Program-made: the position numbers and the translations under genes
Notes under the pieces: generated by a model
Databases searched by the model: none
What the model was told of the DNA's origin: nothing
The model's input: the letters and a program-made list of their open reading frames with translations, nothing else
Source of the DNA: a virus
Strand: one strand, 5' to 3'
Virus record (IMG/VR): IMGVR_UViG_3300021405_000012
Coordinates: 3,855-67,854 of that record
Length of the DNA: 64,000 nucleotides
In this document: positions 52,715 through 61,847 of the stretch, in pieces
Position numbering within the stretch: the stretch's first letter is position 1
Layout: the number at the start of each line of letters is the position of its first letter

Positions 52715-53125
52715 TTATGATGCAAGTGCATTGTTTTGCTGCTTTTTCTCTGGGGTGAGGAAGCGCAACAGCCAGCGCAGGCGATGATCGCCCAAGGCTG
52801 GGATGTTGTAGTGGTGCCGCTCCGGTTCGCGCATCGGGTTCTGGATCCGGGCAAAGCCGAGCACGTTGCCGACACCGACCGGCCCGTCGTACCACCGGGC
52901 CACGCCTTCAATCTCGCCGTACTGGAGGGCCAGCTCGCGCAACTGGGCTTGCAGGGTGTGCGCGGGAATGGTTTTGAACTGGGCAGCGTACTCGCGGCCG
53001 CGGCTGTCCCGCAGCAACACGATGCGGCCCTCCTCGAGCAAAATCAGTATCCCCGACCAGGACTCGTAGCACAGCGGGGCGTCAAAGCTGGGGTCGGCGT
53101 CGTGAGCGAACAGGGATATCCGCAT
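52715..53125 (-). CDS. Hypothetical protein
   Basis: GC-rich third positions; first ORF of the late minus-strand block. Confidence 0.65.
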   Translation of the reverse strand: MRISLFAHDADPSFDAPLCYESWSGILILLEEGRIVLLRDSRGREYAAQFKTIPAHTLQAQLRELALQYGEIEGVARWYDGPVGVGNVLGFARIQNPMREPERHHYNIPALGDHRLRWLLRFLTPEKKQQNNALAS

Positions 53126-53299
53126 GGCTGTGGGGTCACCGCGTTACGGCGCGGGATGCCGTCGAACACACAACACACTTAGGGCCGAAAGCCTACGCCG
53201 TGCCAGATCTGGGGAAACGCGGAGGAGGAAGGTAAATTCACTGCATGAGTTGTAGTGGAGAGCGGAAAAGCTGGCAAGTTACCAACGGTCAATACTGGT

Positions 53300-53575
53300 T
53301 CATGGGGTGCGGCGGCTGGTGATGGTGAGGGTCAAGGTCTTGGCGGAATTCAAGTGGTCCCGCATTTCGCCTTCCGCTCTAGTGTCGTCGTTGGCAAGGA
53401 AGCTGGCCGCGATGTCGGCGATTTTGCCTTTCGCTATACATGGGACAGTGATCTCGACGTCGGTGCTGCTGTGGCGGCCTACCACAAATTGGACGGCGCA
53501 ATCGCTCGGTTCGGGCGTTGAGCTCGCCGAACCGAGCAGTACAAGGAACGCGAAAGGAACAATCAGCCGCTTCAT
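53300..53575 (-). CDS. Secreted hypothetical protein
   Basis: Signal-peptide-like N-terminus; ATGA coupling. Confidence 0.6.
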   Translation of the reverse strand: MKRLIVPFAFLVLLGSASSTPEPSDCAVQFVVGRHSSTDVEITVPCIAKGKIADIAASFLANDDTRAEGEMRDHLNSAKTLTLTITSRRTP

Positions 53576-53721
53576 GCGGTGGCCTTCTTCCGCTTGGCCC
53601 AGCGGGCGTTGGCGGCACGGCGGGCAGAGTCCTTGCGCTGTTTGGTGGTCATCTTCTTCGCCAGAGCCTTACCGCCCATGCGCGCAAATTCCGTGATCGT
53701 CAGTGGTTTGACTGCTGCCAT
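53572..53721 (-). CDS. Very small basic protein (GGKA..K.T..QR...AR.AA.ARW type), possible regulator
   Basis: Manual translation MAAVKPLTITEFARMGGKALAKKMTTKQRKDSARRAANARWAKRKKATA; leaderless promoter upstream. Confidence 0.7.
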   Translation of the reverse strand: MAAVKPLTITEFARMGGKALAKKMTTKQRKDSARRAANARWAKRKKATA

Positions 53722-53800
53722 GTTCGCATCTTGTCACACTTCCGCCATCCGCGCAAGCACGAATTTACTTGACAATGCGTGCAAGCGCGTAATAGGATGC
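53722..53800. promoter_or_regulatory. Divergent promoter pair (switch region)
   Basis: + strand TTGACA-N18-TAGGAT (53769-53798); - strand TTGCGC-N17-CAAGAT ending 6 nt before ATG 53721; related GCAAGC boxes overlap both. Confidence 0.6.
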
Positions 53801-53835
53801 GAATCGGCAGCAGATAGGCAGCAAACGAGGCTCCA

Positions 53836-54075
53836 ATGACCAGACTCTCCGAACGCAAGACGCGGCTGGCTTTCACCACCGACGCCGAGATCCGCTATCG
53901 CGGCAAGATGCGCCCCGTCATCGTCGAAGTGCAAAACGGCTTTGTCGCCAGCGTGCGGCTGGCTGGAACACGCCAGCGGTATGAGTTTTCATGGGAGGGG
54001 CTCCACAATTGGGCGGCTGAGCTTTACGTGCGGCGGGAACGCGAACAACGTAAGTTGCGCCGCAAACAACGTTAA
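53836..54075 (+). CDS. Early hypothetical protein
   Basis: GAGG RBS; first gene after the promoter. Confidence 0.75.
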   Translation: MTRLSERKTRLAFTTDAEIRYRGKMRPVIVEVQNGFVASVRLAGTRQRYEFSWEGLHNWAAELYVRREREQRKLRRKQR

Positions 54076-54148
54076 CCGGGCCGGGAGGCGGCTTCCAGAC
54101 CGCCCGCCAGCCCTAACCAAACTTACCTGCAATGGAGGCAGGCAAAAC

Positions 54149-54358
54149 ATGGCTCCGACCACTGTAACATCCCCTGATCTTCTCCCGTTCCTGACCGAAC
54201 TTCTCCGGCCCACCGGCTTCTGCGAATACGAATATCCAGAATCGTCGCGCGGCGCCTGCGATGGCGGCCAGCCCTGCATTCACAGCGCAACCGTTCACGA
54301 TCCCGAAAGCGACCGCAATCTCTGCGGGAAGCACTTCGAAATCAAGGGGGCACTGTGA
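54149..54358 (+). CDS. Small Cys-rich protein
   Basis: GGAGG RBS; C..C..CGKH. Confidence 0.6.
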   Translation: MAPTTVTSPDLLPFLTELLRPTGFCEYEYPESSRGACDGGQPCIHSATVHDPESDRNLCGKHFEIKGAL

Positions 54359-54570
54359 TGACCAGCACCGAGATCAGGGTTAAAGGAATCGAGGCTCCGA
54401 GTAATTCGATGTGTGGTCGCGAGGGCGACAACAATGCTGGCGCAGTGGACAATCTCGGCTTGGTTGTGGGCTGCCTCACTGAGATCGCCGCGCAACTCGC
54501 TGAATTGAACGAGCGCATCGGGCGCATCACTGCTGGCACGGAACACGTATGCACAGACATCTATAAGTGA
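54355..54570 (+). CDS. Hypothetical protein
   Basis: GTGA coupling. Confidence 0.5.
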   Translation: MMTSTEIRVKGIEAPSNSMCGREGDNNAGAVDNLGLVVGCLTEIAAQLAELNERIGRITAGTEHVCTDIYK

Positions 54571-54605
54571 CGTTTCACCAATCCACTACCCAAAGGAGAA
54601 CCACA

Positions 54606-55850
54606 ATGGCTTTACAGCTAGCAACCAAAGAAGTCGGATTCGCAAAAGGCGGTATCTACGGGCCGAAGGGCACAGGGAAAACCACCCTCATGGCCATGCT
54701 GCTCATCCACTTGTCGAAGACCTACCACAACTCTGCGCCCGTCGCATGGCTGGCGTCCGAGAAGGGCGTGGACTTCGTCATCGACATCTTCGCCGCCGAG
54801 AAAGTGCCGCTGCTGCTCACTCGCAGCCGGTCCTTTGTCGATTTGCTGGCCCTTAGCCGCGAGGCGATCACGGCGGGTGCCTGCGCCGCCGGTGTTGATT
54901 CAGTCTCTCACTACTGGTCTGATCTATTCACCGCTGGCATGAAAGCACGCGGGCCACGGCTGCAACGCATCGGACGTATCAAGGAAGAATGGGCACCGTT
55001 CGCCCAGGACTTTCAAGACTCCAACATCCACTTCCTGGTCACTGGCCGCATGGGTTTTGTGTGGGATGAGGTCGAGATCGAGGATGACAAAGGGGAACTG
55101 GTGAAGGAGCTATCCAAGGGCGGCACCAAGATGAAGGCCGAAGGGGATTTTGGGCATGAGCCTGATTTGGAAATCGAGACTTCACAGATTGACGATCCCG
55201 ATCTAGTCCGCTTCGATAAGATCAGAGGCAAGGCGCGTCGCAACTTCAAGAGCCAGATGATTCACGTCGCCACGGTAAAGAAGTGTAGAGTCTGGGCTTT
55301 GAACGGCCAAGCCTTCACCTGGAAGGATGTTCCGGGATACAAGCCCGACTACTATAAGAAAGTGGCTGATCCCTTCCGCCCCTACTTCGATGCCATCAAC
55401 ATCGGCGGCGTGCATGCTGCTGTGCATTCCGAACGCCCCAGCGCCGCCGTACTGTTTGAAAACGGTTCGGAGCAGAGCCGGGTTGAGTGGGGAATCAAGA
55501 AAGACATCGCCCTTGAAAAGTGGCAGGCGACGATGGATCTCATCGCTGGCGGCCAGACCAAAGAGAACATCCACAAGCGGGCGGTCATGGGCGAGGCCAT
55601 CACTGGCACGCGCTCAAGGACCGAATTCGAGCGGCAGAGTCTTGACTCAATCGTGCGTCAAGTCCAGGTTCTGATGACACTCGAACACCGTCTGCTACTC
55701 GATGCTCCCAAAAACGATGAAGAGCTGCTGGCCTGCTGCGCGATGGCAATCGAGGACGTCGACCATCCCGGCAAGAGCCTTACACTGCTCGAAGCCATGA
55801 GTACCAGCAAAGCAAACGGCCAAGGGCAGCCTGAAGCCATGCCGTTTTAG
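54606..55850 (+). CDS. AAA-domain P-loop ATPase (Sak4/AAA_24-like recombination protein)
   Basis: GPKGTGKT Walker A; VDSVSHYW Walker B; GTKMKAE..FGHEPDL; AAGGAG RBS. Confidence 0.8.
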   Translation: MALQLATKEVGFAKGGIYGPKGTGKTTLMAMLLIHLSKTYHNSAPVAWLASEKGVDFVIDIFAAEKVPLLLTRSRSFVDLLALSREAITAGACAAGVDSVSHYWSDLFTAGMKARGPRLQRIGRIKEEWAPFAQDFQDSNIHFLVTGRMGFVWDEVEIEDDKGELVKELSKGGTKMKAEGDFGHEPDLEIETSQIDDPDLVRFDKIRGKARRNFKSQMIHVATVKKCRVWALNGQAFTWKDVPGYKPDYYKKVADPFRPYFDAINIGGVHAAVHSERPSAAVLFENGSEQSRVEWGIKKDIALEKWQATMDLIAGGQTKENIHKRAVMGEAITGTRSRTEFERQSLDSIVRQVQVLMTLEHRLLLDAPKNDEELLACCAMAIEDVDHPGKSLTLLEAMSTSKANGQGQPEAMPF

Positions 55851-55921
55851 GCGAGGGGGGCGCGGTCCTGAGCCGCGCAAGCTGGCCCCGCTCAGAGAAG
55901 GGCTGGCTTGTGGAGCTTAGG

Positions 55922-56287
55922 ATGATTCGCAGAAGGCCCATCCCGCGCAGCGCCTACTGCTGGCAACCCCAGCCAAAGCCTGCCCGATCCCTGCGCTACG
56001 CTGTGATCCTCAATGGAGCCGTGCGCGTGTATCCTGATGGCCGCGAAGTCTGTCAGTCGAACTCTGCGGGCAGCCGTGAATACGCGCGCAGAGTAGGCTT
56101 GATGGTCGAACGCCAGAGATACCGTTGCAGCCTGTGTACGCACCGCTTACACGAAAGCGCGGCCACCTTCGAGCACCAACGACGTAGAGGGATGGGGGCA
56201 GCCTTCCGGGATGATAGGATCGCGGACGCCGCAGGTAACTGGCTGAATTCCGCGGCTCACTGGATTTGTAATTCTAGAAAGGGGTAA
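55922..56287 (+). CDS. HNH endonuclease-like protein
   Basis: Q.YRCSLC...ATFEH...N..AAHWICNSRKG. Confidence 0.7.
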   Translation: MIRRRPIPRSAYCWQPQPKPARSLRYAVILNGAVRVYPDGREVCQSNSAGSREYARRVGLMVERQRYRCSLCTHRLHESAATFEHQRRRGMGAAFRDDRIADAAGNWLNSAAHWICNSRKG

Positions 56288-56289
56288 CC

Positions 56290-56724
56290 ATGAACAAGAT
56301 CACCGGCACCCACAGCGACGGCAGGCGCTTCTTGGCCTTAATTCTCGAACCTGGCAACATCTTCCGGCTCTGCCAGAAACGCGCCCGCATCATGCTCCGC
56401 ATCGAAGACGAGTTTCCCGACGGCATTCCGCCGAAGTTGCTCCTCGAAATCCACTATAGCGAGACGCCGCTGGCCGACGCGGCCCAACTGAAGGGCATGG
56501 CGAAAATGACGTTCGACGAACGCTCCGCAGTCACCGACAAGCTGCGCCCGCATTGCCCAGAGTGCCATTCAACCATCGAGCAGCTCGGGATGTGGAAGGG
56601 CGACAGCCCGATCGCCCTGCTATTTTGTGCTCAGTGTGGCTGCGCGTTCGGCTCGTTCCCGGCCCGCGACTTGCCTGCGGACCTCAGCCAGTTCACCGCG
56701 CCGTTCGGAAAGGAGCAGCCATGA
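56290..56724 (+). CDS. Hypothetical zinc-ribbon protein
   Basis: CPEC...CAQCG. Confidence 0.7.
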   Translation: MNKITGTHSDGRRFLALILEPGNIFRLCQKRARIMLRIEDEFPDGIPPKLLLEIHYSETPLADAAQLKGMAKMTFDERSAVTDKLRPHCPECHSTIEQLGMWKGDSPIALLFCAQCGCAFGSFPARDLPADLSQFTAPFGKEQP

Positions 56725-56837
56725 CCCGCGCCGACAAATTGCTCTGGTGGATGTGGGCAGTCAGTCTTTTGTTGTCGCTCGGAATGCTGGGCGCGTTCGC
56801 CGTCATCACGATCCACTTTGCCCGCAAGTTTTGGTAG
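56721..56837 (+). CDS. Small single-TM peptide
   Basis: AAGGAG RBS; 38 aa hydrophobic. Confidence 0.5.
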   Translation: MTRADKLLWWMWAVSLLLSLGMLGAFAVITIHFARKFW

Positions 56838-56850
56838 GAAAGGGACAACC

Positions 56851-57054
56851 ATGAAAATCCGCACCAGCTACGACTACCCGCCCATCCCCATCCGCTGGTT
56901 AGACTGGAGTGCGGTCGACGACGACACCTACGACGGCCCAGGCTCTCCCATTGGCACGGGCGCAACCGAGCAGGAAGCTATTGCCGACCTGTTGGAGCAG
57001 CTTGAGGAGAAACGCGAAGAACGTCTGTGCCAGAAAGGACTACATCAGCCATGA
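56851..57054 (+). CDS. Small acidic hypothetical protein
   Basis: PPIP.R..DWSA..D.YDG...G.GATEQEAI.DL pattern. Confidence 0.7.
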   Translation: MKIRTSYDYPPIPIRWLDWSAVDDDTYDGPGSPIGTGATEQEAIADLLEQLEEKREERLCQKGLHQP

Positions 57055-57380
57055 CGACACCCACTGCCGAACTCGAGCTGGCACTGGTACATCTCTCCCG
57101 CGCCATTCAGCTCTGTGTGATCTTTCCCCACCGCGCTGCGGATCTCGAACTGCTGGCCAAGGTGCAGCGCGGCGCCGGAGAAGTCCGAAGGCGGTTTATT
57201 GCCGAGCACTCGACAACTCTTCCCTTTCAGGTATGGTGCCGATGCACCCACATCAGCGGCCAGCACGGTGCTCGATTCCCCCACGTTTGTGCTGTGGATG
57301 GTGGCTGCGAAAACAACTGTCAAGAATTTCAGGAGGCTGCAAATGGCAAACAAGAGAAAATCATCACGCCCGCGTTTTAG
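57051..57380 (+). CDS. Hypothetical Cys/His-rich protein
   Basis: ATGA coupling; C.C.H...H...C..C..C. Confidence 0.55.
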   Translation: MTTPTAELELALVHLSRAIQLCVIFPHRAADLELLAKVQRGAGEVRRRFIAEHSTTLPFQVWCRCTHISGQHGARFPHVCAVDGGCENNCQEFQEAANGKQEKIITPAF

Positions 57381-57597
57381 CCACCATCCGGGAATATCGG
57401 ATCAACATGCGCTCGAAATCGTGCGGGAGACGCTTGGAACCCCAAAGCCGGTTATCGCAAAACCGGCCGATCCAGACACCGAGCCGGACTGGGGAGGCCA
57501 GTGCGAAGTGTGCGGCGCAAGTCCTATCGTGCCGGCTACCGGGATGTGCGGGCCCTGCACGTTTGGTGAAGCCGAAACTGCGGGAGGAAACTGGTAA
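57343..57597 (+). CDS. Hypothetical zinc-finger protein
   Basis: GGAGG RBS; CEVCG..P....MCGPC. Confidence 0.65.
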   Translation: MANKRKSSRPRFSHHPGISDQHALEIVRETLGTPKPVIAKPADPDTEPDWGGQCEVCGASPIVPATGMCGPCTFGEAETAGGNW

Positions 57598-57600
57598 ATC

Positions 57601-57858
57601 ATGCCCACGCTAACGATTGAAGTCACCGAGAAAGACATCGACAAAGGCATGCCCTGCGATGGCTGGAACGATCCTATCTCGCGGGCACTCTTTCGCATCG
57701 TGGGCCAGCGCTTCATCGTCCACGAGGACCGCATCCATCCCCTCGGCCAAGCTGGCGTCTTCATTCCGCTGCCACAGCACGCGAAGCTCTGGCTGTGGGG
57801 CTTCGACCATCGCCTGCCCGTCAACCCTTTCAGCTTCAAGCTGGAGATGCCGCAATGA
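57601..57858 (+). CDS. Hypothetical protein
   Basis: I.VT..DIDKG..C....PI.RAL pattern; GGAGG RBS. Confidence 0.7.
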   Translation: MPTLTIEVTEKDIDKGMPCDGWNDPISRALFRIVGQRFIVHEDRIHPLGQAGVFIPLPQHAKLWLWGFDHRLPVNPFSFKLEMPQ

Positions 57859-57868
57859 GGAGGAAATC

Positions 57869-58072
57869 GTGGCTCTAGGCCCAGGTAAATACGATGCCGA
57901 ATGCACCCAGGCAATGGTTCAGTACCACGCCGCGGCAGTTCTAGTCATCGTCATCGGCGGAACGAAGGGCAGCGGGTTCGCCTGCCAGGCCACGCCCGAG
58001 ATTACCGCCAATCTACCTCGCGTTCTTCGCTCTGTGGCCGACGAGATCGAGCGCTCCGGAGCTTTCGCATGA
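57869..58072 (+). CDS. Hypothetical protein
   Basis: GAGGAGG RBS before GTG. Confidence 0.65.
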   Translation: MALGPGKYDAECTQAMVQYHAAAVLVIVIGGTKGSGFACQATPEITANLPRVLRSVADEIERSGAFA

Positions 58073-58290
58073 GGAAGCACTGCCGCATCCGCCAAGGCGC
58101 TTTCGGACGCTGGTACATCTTTCACGCGATATTCGATTTCGCCGCCTGGAGTGGGTCGCGCTGGGCGCCTTGTCTCGGCAACGGCCTGCCCGCCGCCGAC
58201 GTTCAAACCTCGAACTTCGATACTCGCGAAGCGGCGTTGGCCTGCGCCACATCGCAGGGCTTCGATGTCGACCGCGAACTGGCTTCCTAG
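58069..58290 (+). CDS. Hypothetical protein
   Basis: GGAG RBS; ATGA coupling. Confidence 0.6.
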   Translation: MRKHCRIRQGAFGRWYIFHAIFDFAAWSGSRWAPCLGNGLPAADVQTSNFDTREAALACATSQGFDVDRELAS

Positions 58291-58658
58291 CGCAGCGCCC
58301 GCATCACCAGAAAAGCGATTCCCAGCCCTTCCGCGGCGACCACCACCATCAGCAGCAGCAGCGCTTGGCTTTGGCGCTTCAGGTCGGCAACCAGGTCGTT
58401 CGAGGGCGCGATCGCTATGGGCAAGGCCAGAGGCACAGGCAGCGGGATGACTTTCGGTAGACCAGGTGGGTTGACCTCCAGCGGGGGTTGCGGTCCGAGG
58501 TTGTGTTCAGCGACTGAGCGTTGCACCAGAGCATGCACCCATTCAAAGAAGCTACGGCGCTGGTCATCCCAGTATTGGGAGAGCAGTTGATCGGGCGTGC
58601 GCTCGACCGAGGCCAAAGGAGTGAATCCCATCGCAGGCGCCCCGGCCAGCCTGCGCAT
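58287..58658 (-). CDS. Hypothetical protein with C-terminal TM anchor
   Basis: C-terminal hydrophobic helix. Confidence 0.5.
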   Translation of the reverse strand: MRRLAGAPAMGFTPLASVERTPDQLLSQYWDDQRRSFFEWVHALVQRSVAEHNLGPQPPLEVNPPGLPKVIPLPVPLALPIAIAPSNDLVADLKRQSQALLLLMVVVAAEGLGIAFLVMRALR

Positions 58659-58742
58659 CGAGGAGTGGGGAGCTACGGGGGTGAGGTAGCTGCCTGCATC
58701 ATACTCTCCCCTTGGCTAAAGCGCTTGTCTGAGCAAAATTGC

Positions 58743-59111
58743 TCACTTTGGGGCGGTTTTCGCAGCTCCCGCGTTGACTTTATGGCACCAATAGTTCGGC
58801 GGGTCTTGTTCGTCGTGCAGGAGAATTCTGATCTTGTCGGCGCAGGATTGCCGAGTCATGTGATATTTACCCGGATTGCCATACCAATCATCGGGGGTAG
58901 CTGGCTTACCACTTCGATCAAGTATCGCGCAGCCCTCCATCGTGGAGAAGCAGCCCCACGTAGGCACCGTGACCTGAACCGCCGGGACATCCTCTGCGAA
59001 GGGATTCACTGAACCGCTCACGCCAGAGGTCGTGGCCTTCCAGACGATGCCGCCATCTTTAACCGTTCCCTGTAACAATCCGAGCACCAGCAACGCGCAC
59101 AGCAGTCTCAT
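58743..59111 (-). CDS. Secreted Cys-containing protein
   Basis: GGAG RBS; MRLLCALLVLGLL signal. Confidence 0.6.
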   Translation of the reverse strand: MRLLCALLVLGLLQGTVKDGGIVWKATTSGVSGSVNPFAEDVPAVQVTVPTWGCFSTMEGCAILDRSGKPATPDDWYGNPGKYHMTRQSCADKIRILLHDEQDPPNYWCHKVNAGAAKTAPK

Positions 59112-59112
59112 G

Positions 59113-59574
59113 TCAGTTACTCCAGTTCCAGAGCATACGGTTTCCCTTCGCCGGAATTGGCTCATCGAGAACGCGGAGGCTATTCAGATACCAAGCATAG
59201 CGTCCTAGCTCATAGTTGCCAAAGAGATGCTCTAAGTCACCAATGATCTCTGGCTCGTGATCCAATCCGGTTTCTCGGATGTCATCCAGGCGCACAATAC
59301 ACAGAACTTTTCCGTAGGGAAGTGCGCGGATTGCATCATCGACGTGAGCACCCACACGATCATCAGAATCACGACGACAGTTGAAAATATCCGCCAAGGC
59401 ATTGCGGAAGTAGACGTTATGCCGAGATACCCCTAACCATTTCGGCGGTAAGACCGCTGCCGCATGAATTGCTAGATCGCCACGATGTTTTGTAGACCAG
59501 CAGCGGGTCTCAATTCGTTTGTGACCAAGGGCGACCAAACTCGCCCATGGCTGCCATAGCGTCAAAGCCTTCAT
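59113..59574 (-). CDS. ASCH-domain protein
   Basis: MKALTLWQPWASL...KRIETR.W...RG.LAIHA; P.PAKG...LW. Confidence 0.88.
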   Translation of the reverse strand: MKALTLWQPWASLVALGHKRIETRCWSTKHRGDLAIHAAAVLPPKWLGVSRHNVYFRNALADIFNCRRDSDDRVGAHVDDAIRALPYGKVLCIVRLDDIRETGLDHEPEIIGDLEHLFGNYELGRYAWYLNSLRVLDEPIPAKGNRMLWNWSN

Positions 59575-59605
59575 CTTCCCCTCCCGGCGAACCCGCACAG
59601 AGTCT

Positions 59606-59812
59606 TCATGGCTTCACCGTCCCCGTTGTGCAGCTAGCAGTGGCTATCCACACACAAGTATTGTTGTTATCAGGTTTTGCGCAGAGAGGCCAAGCGGTAG
59701 TTGCCACGGCGCTGGGGAGGCTTACATGCCTACGTGAGCTATCCACCCAGCCATTTTCATATCCAGCGATAAATGCTAATGCCGCAATCAATAGGGCGCA
59801 CGTAGTCTTCAT
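59606..59812 (-). CDS. Small exported protein
   Basis: Hydrophobic N-terminus; ATGA coupling. Confidence 0.5.
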   Translation of the reverse strand: MKTTCALLIAALAFIAGYENGWVDSSRRHVSLPSAVATTAWPLCAKPDNNNTCVWIATASCTTGTVKP

Positions 59813-60003
59813 CCCGCCTTCTTTCTCGGCTCCGAGCGCCAGTTGCGTTCCATCAGCTTCCGGTTATGCGCCATGACTTCGGGATCCGGACGTTCGGGTA
59901 CCCCTTCTTGGCAAAAGCGGTCGAGTGGCCCGGGCTCGATCTCTTTCATGTAACCAGGGCGCGGCACTTGACAGCGGGCGCCTTCTTCCTCGCGGTTGGT
60001 CAT
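59809..60003 (-). CDS. Hypothetical protein
   Basis: Coupled to neighbours. Confidence 0.5.
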   Translation of the reverse strand: MTNREEEGARCQVPRPGYMKEIEPGPLDRFCQEGVPERPDPEVMAHNRKLMERNWRSEPRKKAG

Positions 60004-60006
60004 GGC

Positions 60007-60327
60007 TCACGCTGCCTTATGGTCGATACGTGACTGATCCAGCCGCTTGGGGAGAGTGTTCTTTTTCCAGCCAGCGCGAACTTCGGCCTTGGCCTCTGCG
60101 ACGCGCTCGCGCAGTCTTAGGCTGACAATGAGACGGTTGAGGGTGTTGCGGTGGATGCGCAGCGCGCGGGCGGTGCGGCATAGGTTGGCGTGGTGCTGCT
60201 TCAGGGCGACGGCGATGATCTGCCGCCACAGTTCGTTGCGGGCTTCTTCGAGGTTCATGCCGGCGGTGAGCATCTGGCGGGCAGTGGCATCGAGCAGTGA
60301 GCCTGGTCTGGGTTCCAATTTTGACAT
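60007..60327 (-). CDS. Fis-family HTH protein
   Basis: II..AL..H.AN.C.TARAL.IHRNTL.R; AAGGAG RBS. Confidence 0.8.
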   Translation of the reverse strand: MSKLEPRPGSLLDATARQMLTAGMNLEEARNELWRQIIAVALKQHHANLCRTARALRIHRNTLNRLIVSLRLRERVAEAKAEVRAGWKKNTLPKRLDQSRIDHKAA

Positions 60328-60484
60328 GGGGGAAACACTACTCCTTTCCGATTGGCTTGCGGGAAGTATTTGGCTGGCGCCCGCAGGATTCCGTGTGCTG
60401 CTTCTGGGAGAGGTTGGAACCCTCGCGAGCGCCAGTCGCTCTGGCGATTCTTCGCGACCTCCTTTCCTCACTGAATTTACGGGA

Positions 60485-60664
60485 TCAGAGTCCGCGCAGA
60501 CAGGCGGGTTCGTCTTCCGTCTTTGCCGGTCCTCCGGCAGAGCTTGTGCGCTGGTGGAGCTGCTCTTCGTTGACCAAGTAGACACGCCAGCCACGCCGCC
60601 ATAGCCATGCGCAACACGACATCAGCGCCACAGCTGCCAGCCAGGCTGTGAGTGGGCGCATCAT
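60485..60664 (-). CDS. Small membrane protein
   Basis: GGAGG RBS; N-terminal TM. Confidence 0.45.
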   Translation of the reverse strand: MMRPLTAWLAAVALMSCCAWLWRRGWRVYLVNEEQLHQRTSSAGGPAKTEDEPACLRGL

Positions 60665-60879
60665 GCGGCCTCCGCCTTTACGCAGTCGGGACAGAATGTG
60701 CCGTGGGCGTAGCTCTTCGCCTTCCACCCGAGTTTCCGCAATGCTGCAAGCATTTCCTTTTCGGGAACAGGATCTCCATCCTTCTCGCCTTTGAGGGCGC
60801 GACGGCTGATGCTGACATCGCTGGGGCAGCCTTCGGTGTCGCAATCGTTGACCGAAGTCACTACGCGCCAGCCGCTCAT
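60661..60879 (-). CDS. Small zinc-finger protein
   Basis: CD..GC...GW....FCPDC. Confidence 0.65.
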   Translation of the reverse strand: MSGWRVVTSVNDCDTEGCPSDVSISRRALKGEKDGDPVPEKEMLAALRKLGWKAKSYAHGTFCPDCVKAEAA

Positions 60880-61112
60880 GCCGCCACCTCAATCAATCCG
60901 AGATCGAGCGCTTTCTGGATGGTTTCCGCCAACGGGCGGGCTTCCGCAAAGGCTTTATCGACACAGGCGGGGTTCGAGCAGACATCATCAAGCAGCCACG
61001 CGCACGGCACCACGTTGCCATTGGGCCGGAAGTCTGGATCGGAGACGAAGCTGGCAGGGATGAAGCAGGGTGTGGCTTCAGTGCAGCCGCAGAATTTACA
61101 GACGCCAACCAT
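60876..61112 (-). CDS. Small zinc-finger protein
   Basis: CKFCGCTE..PC...C.W....CS...C. Confidence 0.7.
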   Translation of the reverse strand: MVGVCKFCGCTEATPCFIPASFVSDPDFRPNGNVVPCAWLLDDVCSNPACVDKAFAEARPLAETIQKALDLGLIEVAA

Positions 61113-61171
61113 GACCCTGATAGCAATATGCCCGCGCCGCGCCGCTTGTCAACGGCAAACTTCCTGATCCC

Positions 61172-61257
61172 GGTGCAAAAGCTGTGGATGCTGTGGAAGG
61201 TTGGAATAGAACCGGGTTTTCCTAACTTATCCTGAGTCCTGCACAGTATTTGCACGG
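61172..61257. promoter_or_regulatory. Cluster of degenerate DnaA-box-like 9-mers (possible origin)
   Basis: GGTGCAAAA, TGTGGATGC, TGTGGAAGG, TTATCCTGA, TCCTGCACA, ATTTGCACG versus TTATNCACA; divergent intergenic region upstream of replication genes. Confidence 0.35.
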
Positions 61258-61313
61258 TTTGGCTGATTTTTTCGCTTGCGTTGGTTTCCGGGTACTGCTA
61301 TTGATCCTTGCGC

Positions 61314-61847
61314 ATGTCAGACGACCCGGCTCTGAAATGGTTTCCTATTCCCATGGATGGCTCGATTGGACCGCCTCGCGGTCTCAAAGACTTTCAGGTG
61401 GGATGGTGGTGGAATCTGTTCTGGGCCACGCTTTCAAACCCGGACAATCCCGGCTATCTTCCGGCATCACGCAGTACTCTCTGGACCTTCGCAGGAGCGC
61501 ATCGCCGCGCCCACTGGGACGCCAACTGTGCCCTGGTTATGGCTGCCTTCGAGCTCCGAGAGATAGCAGGACGGGAGATGTTGTGGTTGCCTCGGCTCAC
61601 ACGCATTCTGGACCAGCAGCGCAAGAAGCTGCGGAACCATAAGGGGCGTAATTTACACAGTGATCCACAGGTGAGCGGGGATTTCTCTCCCTCTCAATCT
61701 GTATTTGACTTTGAATTTTCACCACGAGGCGAAAATGAACACCAACCCTACCCAAAAACCGGCTCTCCGGCGACTGGCAAACGAGCCCAACGGGTCGAGC
61801 AAACTCGAGCCGTACTCCTCGAAAGCCTCCGCCGCCGCCACGGCTAG
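61314..61847 (+). CDS. Putative replication initiator (YdaU/DUF1376-like N-terminus)
   Basis: PALKWFP..., G....L....., GYLP...L...AG.....W, PRL pattern; overlaps a P-like gene. Confidence 0.5.
   Translation: MSDDPALKWFPIPMDGSIGPPRGLKDFQVGWWWNLFWATLSNPDNPGYLPASRSTLWTFAGAHRRAHWDANCALVMAAFELREIAGREMLWLPRLTRILDQQRKKLRNHKGRNLHSDPQVSGDFSPSQSVFDFEFSPRGENEHQPYPKTGSPATGKRAQRVEQTRAVLLESLRRRHG

Noticed and set aside
58659-58710. MMQAATSPP* mini-ORF ending CCC CCG TAG, resembling the portal leader and suggesting a -1 frameshift
   Set aside because: Better explained as a TATGAT -10 box plus 5' hairpin; the downstream ORF has its own ATG, and the frame relation differs from the portal case
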